Source of the DNA: a virus
Virus record (IMG/VR): IMGVR_UViG_3300025009_000017
Reading direction: 5' to 3' (one strand)
DNA length: 55,350 nt
In this document: positions 1-6,350 of the stretch, one piece after another
How the letters are laid out: each line of letters begins with the position of its first letter
How positions within the stretch are numbered: the stretch's first letter is position 1
Notes under the pieces: model-generated
The model's input: the letters and a program-made list of their open reading frames with translations, nothing else
Told to the model about the DNA's origin: nothing
Databases searched by the model: none
Position numbers and translations under genes: made by a program

Positions 1-191
1 CCCCCAGTTGGGTCCTCAGTTGGGTCCACAGTTGGTTCCCCAGTTGGCTCCCCAGTTGGTCCCCCAGTTGGGTCCCCAGTTGGCTCCCCAGTTGGTTCCC
101 CAGTTGGCTCCCCAGTTGGTCCCTCAGTTGGGTCCACAGTTGGCTCCCCAGTTGGGTCCCCAGTTGGGTCCCCAGTTGGGTCCTCAAAATA
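1..191. repeat. 12-nt tandem repeat array (plus-strand unit CAGTTGGNTCCN), continuing the array at 55034..55350
   Basis: About 16 head-to-tail 12-mers can be read directly. Positions 1-64 are identical to 55287-55350, and positions 1-118 also match 55119-55236. Confidence 0.95.
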
Positions 192-391
192 CTATAAGCC
201 AAATTGCACATCATGGGAGAAGAAAAATACATTACATCTTTACATTTAATATTTGCAACGGCTAAATAATTTTTGATTGCTTCTGTAGATTTCTTCCGGT
301 CGACGGGTTCTGTGTTATAACCTATTGCATTCCATTTCTTGTTGAATTCAGGAATGCGTTTCTCTTGTGATTTAGTTAGTTTCTCTATCAT
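1..391 (-). CDS. Junction-spanning repeat protein, 5-prime segment: an N-terminal domain of about 70 aa followed by tetrapeptide repeats. The ORF leaves the window at position 1 and resumes at 55350.
   Basis: The minus frame with codon first bases = 1 mod 3 is open from the TAA at 445-443 down to position 1. It is absent from the ORF track because it has no stop inside the window. The ATG at 391-389 is preceded by AAAGGAAAAAGAGAA. Translation reads MIEKLTKSQEKRIPEFNKKWNAIGYNTEPVDRKKSTEAIKNYLAVANIKCKDVMYFSSPMMCNLAYSILR, then (G/R/W/E)(T/S/N/D)QL units. After removing the 64-nt overlap this frame is the same as that of 54445..54966. Confidence 0.6.
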   Translation of the reverse strand, partial: MIEKLTKSQEKRIPEFNKKWNAIGYNTEPVDRKKSTEAIKNYLAVANIKCKDVMYFSSPMMCNLAYSILRTQLGTQLGTQLGSQLWTQLRDQLGSQLGNQLGSQLGTQLGDQLGSQLGNQLWTQLRTQLG

Positions 392-656
392 TTCTCTTTT
401 TCCTTTCAAGTTTATTCCAGGCGAGCTTCGCCTCATATTTGGTTATTGCAAAGGGTCCCTGGTAGTCGCAGCTGTCGCAGTAATACTGCCAGCGGGGATT
501 CTCTATGGGAGCGTCGTTTCCCAGCACTATCCTCATGTTCTCGTCGCAGAGCCATATCCGGTGGCCTCCGCAGTCCGGGCAGGGCTTAAGCCTGTTGTAA
601 ACAATGGGGGTCCTGTTTGCTCCCCTGATGAACTTGGGGTTATTGATCTTTGGCAT
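372..656 (-). CDS. Lar-family restriction-alleviation-like zinc-ribbon protein (94 aa)
   Basis: ATG at 656-654 follows GGAGGTAACATA and forms a TAATG overlap with the upstream stop. LKPCPDCGG, YYCDSCDYQGP and the C-terminal EAKLAWNK fit the Lar-family pattern (CPxCGG ribbon plus A-x-x-WN). The track ORF 372..797 is an upstream extension. Confidence 0.6.
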   Translation of the reverse strand: MPKINNPKFIRGANRTPIVYNRLKPCPDCGGHRIWLCDENMRIVLGNDAPIENPRWQYYCDSCDYQGPFAITKYEAKLAWNKLERKKRNDRETN

Positions 657-1252
657 TATGTTACCTCCCTGGCAATTCTCCGCACTGCCGGCACCGCCTG
701 AAGCTGAACCCAGTCCTCGTTCGGTCTGTCGCAGTCGTTGAGAGTCAAGAATTTGAAACTTCGTGGATGTTTCAGGTAAAGGCTGTCGTGGATCCAACTG
801 AGACCTTCGATCCTCTGGTATCTTTCCCAGGCTTTCCTCTCGAACTGCAATCTCAGGAAGCGCAGAGGTATATGTCCAGTCGGGTGTCGCTTCTCCAACT
901 CCAGAAGAAATTCATTCTGCCCTTCGTGGAACCCGATGTTGATGCCCTTGATCCGTCCTGCCTTCTCCAGAGAACGCAACCGCACCACGTCCTCGTCTGT
1001 GATGAGAACTCCGTTGGTGTAGAGGTAAACATTCTTCCCCTCCGGTATGTCATCTATGATCTGGTAAAGCAGGTCTTTCTTCAGGAATGGCTCCCCACCT
1101 GTGATACAGACGTTCTGGTATTTGCTGAAGTCAATCTCCGAAAAGGTCTTCTTCTGGAACTGGCTGTAAACCCTCTGCTGTTTATTGCAGCAGTAGGAAC
1201 AGCTCAGGTTGCAGTCCAAGGTGATGAGAAGCCGGATGGTGTCCTTCTTCAC
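656..1252 (-). CDS. Small radical SAM enzyme (198 aa), substrate unknown
   Basis: GTG start follows GGGGAGGTAAAC. Contains CNLSCSYC (the CxxxCxxC cluster motif) near the N-terminus and a GGEPFL motif. No accessory domains are visible. Confidence 0.7.
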   Translation of the reverse strand: MKKDTIRLLITLDCNLSCSYCCNKQQRVYSQFQKKTFSEIDFSKYQNVCITGGEPFLKKDLLYQIIDDIPEGKNVYLYTNGVLITDEDVVRLRSLEKAGRIKGINIGFHEGQNEFLLELEKRHPTGHIPLRFLRLQFERKAWERYQRIEGLSWIHDSLYLKHPRSFKFLTLNDCDRPNEDWVQLQAVPAVRRIAREVT

Positions 1253-1254
1253 GT

Positions 1255-1485
1255 TTACCTCCCCATCAAACGTTCGAGATCTTCAAATATTCCTTCCTGC
1301 ACAGCAGGCTCAATTCCAAAAATGGAAGCATTTATGGAGTTTTCACGACGCCAGCGCTTCTCATGGATATAGATCTCCAGCTTTTGACGTAGCGATAGCA
1401 TCTGGTCGTTGAAAAGGTTTTGCAACGTCAAATCGTGTGCAACATAATCTGGGGTATGACTCAAACAAGGTGGTTTCTTCTTCAT
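1255..1485 (-). CDS. Hypothetical protein
   Basis: Minus-strand ORF. The ATG at 1485 lies 7 nt after GAGGGGGT. The track start at 1494 is a GTG inside the upstream stop region. Confidence 0.55.
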   Translation of the reverse strand: MKKKPPCLSHTPDYVAHDLTLQNLFNDQMLSLRQKLEIYIHEKRWRRENSINASIFGIEPAVQEGIFEDLERLMGR

Positions 1486-1490
1486 AATTA

Positions 1491-1928
1491 TCACCCCCTC
1501 GCTTTCAGGTTCAGCCTCAGCTGGCCCACCAGCCTATACCAGAGCCTGCTGCCCAGGAGTCTCCGGGCATACATCACCTCAGCGAAGCCGTGCTTCATCA
1601 TCCTGGCTGCCTGCTGTGCCACCTGCGCTTTGGTGGCCAGCGCGAACCCGTGCGGTGTGCTGACCACCGGCTTACCCTGGATCTGCATCCGTCTGAGAAT
1701 GCCCCTCATGTCCTTGTCGGTGAAGTGAATGTGGTAGACCTGCCTGGTTTCGGAGCGTAGGGCACGACAAGTTTGGCTGTTCGTTCCTCCTCCCCTGCGA
1801 AGCTCCAGCATCAAATACCTGGCTATCTTCTCCTCGGGGACCAGCCGGTCTGCCACCGGGCATCCGCCGACCTTGGCCACCGGCTTTCTCCAGAAGATCT
1901 TCCCGTCCCGTTCGATGTAGTTTGTCAT
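1491..1928 (-). CDS. Hypothetical protein (145 aa)
   Basis: ATGA overlap with the upstream gene and GGGAG 9 nt upstream. I recognise no motif. Confidence 0.65.
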   Translation of the reverse strand: MTNYIERDGKIFWRKPVAKVGGCPVADRLVPEEKIARYLMLELRRGGGTNSQTCRALRSETRQVYHIHFTDKDMRGILRRMQIQGKPVVSTPHGFALATKAQVAQQAARMMKHGFAEVMYARRLLGSRLWYRLVGQLRLNLKARG

Positions 1929-2161
1929 TTCTTCATCTCCCGGAAGCTGACTGTGTAACCGATCATTCCGGCCATCTCAATGATGACCTTCTTGAACAGC
2001 AGCTGGTAAGGCTTGTCGTCAGTGGGCCCCAGCAGGTTAGCTCCGATGATGTGGGGAGCGATGTGGGAGTAGGTGCTGAAGGTCTTGCCGGCGATGTAGG
2101 TGGCGATGGGTGCGAAGTGGTCAGGCTCTTTCTTGCCATAGACCATCTTTCTCTCTGGCAT
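1925..2161 (-). CDS. Hypothetical protein (78 aa)
   Basis: ATG at 2161 is preceded by CAAGGAGGATACC. The track ORF extends to 2221. Confidence 0.6.
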   Translation of the reverse strand: MPERKMVYGKKEPDHFAPIATYIAGKTFSTYSHIAPHIIGANLLGPTDDKPYQLLFKKVIIEMAGMIGYTVSFREMKK

Positions 2162-2210
2162 GGTATCCTCCTTGTAAACTTTTTGGTTGACTGGATAGGT
2201 TATACCTAAG

Positions 2211-2240
2211 AAACCCCCCAAGCATTTCTGCTTGAGGGGT
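2211..2240 (-). terminator. Candidate intrinsic terminator after gene 2268..2585
   Basis: On the minus strand, CCCCTCAAGC-AGAAAT-GCTTGGGGGG is followed by TTTCTT. Confidence 0.5.
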
Positions 2241-2267
2241 TGTTCACTAAAAGGGCACCTCGTCCTT

Positions 2268-2585
2268 TCAGGCGTTCACCGGCTCCGGTTCCGCTACCCG
2301 CTGGTCCTTGGGCACATACTTGCGTATGCCGCCCAGGTAGACGTTGGTCTTCTTGGGGTCGTTCTTCCGGAACTCCAGGTTCAGGAAGCCTGAAACCAGG
2401 TCGCCCTTGTTGATCTCGGGCCCGTTCAGGATCTCGACGTCCTTGGACTTGACCAGAACCCTGATCTTGATCTCGGCCTCGCACAGCGTGGACGCCTGCC
2501 CGTCGGCCAGTGCCGGCAGGGGCTTGAGATCCAGCACTTCCGCCACTGTCCAGGCGCTTGATGGTCTGGGATATTCTTCTGCCAT
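2268..2585 (-). CDS. Hypothetical protein (105 aa)
   Basis: GGGAGGTGACAATAC precedes the ATG. Part of the minus-strand gene train. Confidence 0.65.
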   Translation of the reverse strand: MAEEYPRPSSAWTVAEVLDLKPLPALADGQASTLCEAEIKIRVLVKSKDVEILNGPEINKGDLVSGFLNLEFRKNDPKKTNVYLGGIRKYVPKDQRVAEPEPVNA

Positions 2586-2623
2586 GTATTGTCACCTCCC
2601 TTCTATAATATAATATTGATTAG

Positions 2624-3055
2624 CTATCCTTCGTTGTGGTTCGGATGGTCCGGGTCGGCAAGGGGCCGCTTAAGAAAGCCGTCCAGACTGCTCAGTATCC
2701 TTATCGCAGGACCTTGATTGAACGTATGCTGTGCGATTGTAACTGCCAGACTCGCCGAGTAGTAGATCAGGCAGGCTGCCACATCCTCGGACACCAGCTC
2801 CAGCACTTTGGCCTTCTTGTCCTGTGGATACTGCGCCCAGAAAGCCTTGATGATCTCGCTCTTGTCAATGGAGGTATCCTTCAGGGGCCCGTCTTCGTTC
2901 AGTTTGCGAATGATGTGGTGACCGGCGTACTTGTGGGCTTCCATGAAGAAAACCCCGATCACGTCTATCTCCTCGTAATTGCCCAGTGCGGTGGTGCTGT
3001 TCCCTTCCATCTTCTCCGTCAGCATATGCCGCCAGAGCTTTTTCTCGTTCTCCAT
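2624..3055 (-). CDS. Hypothetical protein (143 aa)
   Basis: ACCAAGGAGATTT precedes the ATG. Confidence 0.65.
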   Translation of the reverse strand: MENEKKLWRHMLTEKMEGNSTTALGNYEEIDVIGVFFMEAHKYAGHHIIRKLNEDGPLKDTSIDKSEIIKAFWAQYPQDKKAKVLELVSEDVAACLIYYSASLAVTIAQHTFNQGPAIRILSSLDGFLKRPLADPDHPNHNEG

Positions 3056-3256
3056 AAATCTCCTTGGTTAAAAATTATGTTGTTGTGTGGCTCTGCTCAG
3101 TGAGGACGATTTAACCGGACTTCTACCGGACCACACGGCCGTCCTTGCAGCACTTCTTTACAGCGGCTGGTTGTCGGGTTTTAACCACACCAGATCATTC
3201 TGGGCCCAGCCTCGCACTGGGACCGCTCGTCAACCCCCATCATAGGGGGGACGTTC

Positions 3257-3517
3257 TTAGTCCACCCGTTTCATCCGGTCAGTCGGGCACATGGCCTCGT
3301 CCGAGCTGTGCACTGCGAAAGGCTTTCCGCAGGTCTCGCAGAGGTGTCCCAGGCAGTAGCCTTCCACCGGGCCCGACCAGATGTAGTCCTTGTCTATCTT
3401 GGGAGGATCCGATGGCTTGAACACGCCGGTTCTGATCTCGATGACTTTCTTCTTGGCGAACTGGAAGGTGATTGGCGCTTCCACCACCGCTGCAGGTGAC
3501 TTGCTGTTCCAGCTCAT
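3257..3517 (-). CDS. Hypothetical Cys/His-containing protein (86 aa)
   Basis: ATGA overlap with the stop of 3514..3891. Reads MSWNSKSPAAV... and contains CLGHLCETCGKPF. Confidence 0.55.
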   Translation of the reverse strand: MSWNSKSPAAVVEAPITFQFAKKKVIEIRTGVFKPSDPPKIDKDYIWSGPVEGYCLGHLCETCGKPFAVHSSDEAMCPTDRMKRVD

Positions 3518-3891
3518 TTGCCCGTCCCGTCCGGCAGCTTTGAGCTGGCCTGCTTTGAGATGCCGGAGATGGCCGTCTGGCGCTGGTCTTCCTTGATGGC
3601 TTCGATCCGGTATTCCATCGCCACCCTGATGTACTCGTTCCACTTGGTAACCAGGCTCTGCTGAGCGGTCCTGATGCCGGTGGCGATCACCGAGAATTGC
3701 TGGTGCTCGTTCATCTCCATGAAGCTGTTGAAAACGTCCTCGTTCACTGTCAACTCCTCCAGCACGTTCTTCAGTTGAACTCCGGCCACGAAAGAATCAG
3801 GGCCAAAGATACCCTGGTCCTCTTTGTCCCCTTTAAACCCGATCTTCTGTGCGGTCTCTATCAGCTTAGCCTGCCGTTCTTCCTGAGTCAT
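3514..3891 (-). CDS. Hypothetical protein (125 aa)
   Basis: ATG at 3891 follows AAAGGAGTCAAACCA. The track ORF extends upstream across a terminator. Confidence 0.6.
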   Translation of the reverse strand: MTQEERQAKLIETAQKIGFKGDKEDQGIFGPDSFVAGVQLKNVLEELTVNEDVFNSFMEMNEHQQFSVIATGIRTAQQSLVTKWNEYIRVAMEYRIEAIKEDQRQTAISGISKQASSKLPDGTGK

Positions 3892-3932
3892 TGGTTTGAC
3901 TCCTTTTATTTTTAACTGGTTGAAATTATTGA

Positions 3933-3959
3933 AGCAAAAGAAAACCGCCCGAAGGCGGT
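3933..3959 (-). terminator. Rho-independent terminator
   Basis: On the minus strand, ACCGCC-TTCG-GGCGGT is followed by TTTTCTTTTG, 25 nt after the stop of 3984..4487. Confidence 0.75.
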
Positions 3960-3983
3960 CTCTTTGGTCTGGTTTGCAAAGGC

Positions 3984-4487
3984 CTATTTCCACTTGTTGG
4001 CCAGGTGGTCCTTGTAGTCCACCCCGGCGTGGCTGGGCTCCAGGGTGAAGGTGCCGTCCTGGTTCAAGGTGATGGAGAGAGCCTGCGGGTTGATGCCGCC
4101 AGAGTTCTCTCTGGCCGGCTGGAGGATCTTCTTGATGCCGGTGGAGGTAATGTAGCAGTTGTTGCGGTCCAGTTTCATCCTCCGCACCTCGCTGCCCCTG
4201 ACCATCAGGAACTCGGTGGTGTCGGGCGAGTCGGCATACTCGCTGTGGAAGGCATCCAGGGCCTCCTCCAGCTTTGCCTCCTCGTAGGCCGGGAACACAT
4301 CCACCACCTTCTGCATCTGCTTCTCCAGGCGGACTGCCTGGGCCCGGATCTGCTTGGCTCCGGCAGGGTTCACCTTTTCCATCTGGGCGGCCAGCTGGCC
4401 CAGGCTCTCCAGCAGTTCTGCCGGATTGATGGTGGCTTCCGCTGTGACTGCGACTTGGTCAGCCGTGGCGACGTTCTCGTTCTCCAC
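3984..4487 (-). CDS. Hypothetical protein (167 aa)
   Basis: GTG start follows AGGAGACCAAAA. Confidence 0.65.
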   Translation of the reverse strand: MENENVATADQVAVTAEATINPAELLESLGQLAAQMEKVNPAGAKQIRAQAVRLEKQMQKVVDVFPAYEEAKLEEALDAFHSEYADSPDTTEFLMVRGSEVRRMKLDRNNCYITSTGIKKILQPARENSGGINPQALSITLNQDGTFTLEPSHAGVDYKDHLANKWK

Positions 4488-4699
4488 TTTTGGTCTCCTA
4501 TTTTGATTTGTTTAACTCGGCCAGTCTTTCCGCCAGCCTTACCCAGCACCCCTGCCCAATCCGCAAAGGGTCTTATCGGACTGCGGAAAATATGGCAAAT
4601 GGAAAGCCCGGACTGCGGTTTGAATTGCAATCCGGGCCTGCGTCCTGAAGCATTTTTTGGGAATGGCGGGTCTCTCTTAGTCTCCGGTGAGGGTGGCGA

Positions 4700-5998
4700 T
4701 CACCTCTTGGCAAACCACACTGACAGGGTCTCGTGCTGGCGTTCGTGGTCGCCCCTGTTGCCATACCTGACGTCCACGTCCAGGTTGAAGTCGCGGGTCT
4801 TCAGCACCGGCCCGTAGATGGCGGTGAACTCGGGGTTGATGCTGTGGGTCAGCACAAAGGTCGAGGTCCGGCCGGCTATCATGTCCACCAGCCTTTGGTG
4901 CAGACTGTGGTCGAAGGCGGCTTCATACTGCTCTGAGGCTTTGTGGCCGATGTAGGGCGGGTCGCAGAAGATGACCCGCGGTGCTTTCTGTTCCCGTTCG
5001 AACTTCTCGATAGCTTCGTCGAAGGATCCGTGCAGGATGGTGGTATCCTTGAAGGCTTCATGCCACGAGTCCAGGCTGTCGAGGGCATGGATGGCTTTCC
5101 TGACGGAGCCTTCTATCGTTTCCGCCTGCTTCGGGATATTGGCTCCCTTCCCCATGTAGGAGGCTTTCATGCGCATCACGTATGCTACTGCACGCCTGGC
5201 TATGCTCGGATCGTTCTCGGAGATGGCTTTAAGAGCCTGGAAGCCTTTCTGTGTCGGGTCTTTGGAGAAGATGGATATCAATTCCTGATGTATGTCATAC
5301 ATTTCCTGGGTCTTATTCTTCACGGCTTTCAGCAGGTTCACCATGTTGTCGTTGACGTCGTTGTAGTAGACCTTCCTGACATCAGAGCCATAGTCACCCA
5401 TCCTGAAAGTATAGCTGACAATGCCTGAGCCCCCGAAGGCGTCCAGGAATGCGTAAGGCTGTTTGATCCTGGTGTGCAACAGCGGCAGCAGATCCTGCTC
5501 GAACACTTCGATCCACTTTTTCTTCCCACCCAGATAGCTGACCAGTGACATGGGCTTCACCATCTTGCCGATCTCCGACTTCGCCGAGGCTTCGTCGGAC
5601 AAGTCCGGCTGAACCTCGTGAACCTCCATCTCCGCCAGCATCCCCAGTGGTGATGGCTCTATGGTCCGGCCGACTGGGAGAATATACAGGTGTCCGCCCT
5701 GGCCGTCCTGGAGAACCTCCTGCCAATCGGGTGAGAGCTCCATCTTCTCGACGTAGTTCTCAGGAGCCAGGAGTGCCATCTGATACTGTTTCTTTTCGAT
5801 AGAGGTTTCGGGAAGCTCGTGTATGCTGGCTGGAAACAGGTGCCTGAGAGCGTCTTCAGGCTTCAGTGTCACCCACACAGCCCGGGACTTCTCGCCGTCC
5901 AGAGCTGAGTCATCGAACCAGGATGAGCCCTGGAGCAGTGACAGCTCTTTCACGTTGGCCAGTGACGTGATGTACCCATGGGTAGAATAGCCTATCAT
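4700..5998 (-). CDS. N6-adenine DNA methyltransferase (Dam/D12-like) with an extra N-terminal region of about 150 aa
   Basis: AFGGSG (FxGxG, motif I) is followed about 155 aa later by CDPPY (motif IV). This motif order is that of alpha-group amino-methyltransferases. The N-terminal region has no motif I recognise. Confidence 0.75.
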   Translation of the reverse strand: MIGYSTHGYITSLANVKELSLLQGSSWFDDSALDGEKSRAVWVTLKPEDALRHLFPASIHELPETSIEKKQYQMALLAPENYVEKMELSPDWQEVLQDGQGGHLYILPVGRTIEPSPLGMLAEMEVHEVQPDLSDEASAKSEIGKMVKPMSLVSYLGGKKKWIEVFEQDLLPLLHTRIKQPYAFLDAFGGSGIVSYTFRMGDYGSDVRKVYYNDVNDNMVNLLKAVKNKTQEMYDIHQELISIFSKDPTQKGFQALKAISENDPSIARRAVAYVMRMKASYMGKGANIPKQAETIEGSVRKAIHALDSLDSWHEAFKDTTILHGSFDEAIEKFEREQKAPRVIFCDPPYIGHKASEQYEAAFDHSLHQRLVDMIAGRTSTFVLTHSINPEFTAIYGPVLKTRDFNLDVDVRYGNRGDHERQHETLSVWFAKR

Positions 5999-6086
5999 GT
6001 GGTCCTCCGAATTGTGTTAAAACCCGTAAGCCAACGCCGGCACGCCCCTAAAAGGCGGGCCGAGCGGTGGCGCAACTTCAGCTGAC

Positions 6087-6290
6087 TTAAATCTTTACCT
6101 TCCAGTCCATCAGCTGTCCGCAGCGGGGACACTGAGAGTACCGCTCCCCGGGGTAAGCCTGGGGAAGCTTGCACTGCGGGCACTTTGGCACAGGCGGTGA
6201 GTTCAAGTGTGAACGGATGTAGATCCCTGACGAGATGAGCCCCACGATAACGGCCATCTTCTCGATGAACTTGTTGTCTGAGTCTGCCAT
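6087..6290 (-). CDS. Small membrane protein with a C-terminal zinc ribbon (67 aa)
   Basis: Hydrophobic segment MAVIVGLISSGIYI, followed by CPQC...CPRC. Confidence 0.6.
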   Translation of the reverse strand: MADSDNKFIEKMAVIVGLISSGIYIRSHLNSPPVPKCPQCKLPQAYPGERYSQCPRCGQLMDWKVKI

Positions 6291-6311
6291 ACTGCTCCTA
6301 TGTGATAGCTG

Positions 6312-6347
6312 GCCAATAGGCTTAACCCCAGGGTTAAGCCTATTGGC
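6312..6347. other. Perfect 36-nt palindrome (16-bp stem, 4-nt loop) between two genes
   Basis: GCCAATAGGCTTAACC-CCAG-GGTTAAGCCTATTGGC. No U-tract follows on the coding strand. Confidence 0.85.
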
Positions 6348-6350
6348 TGT

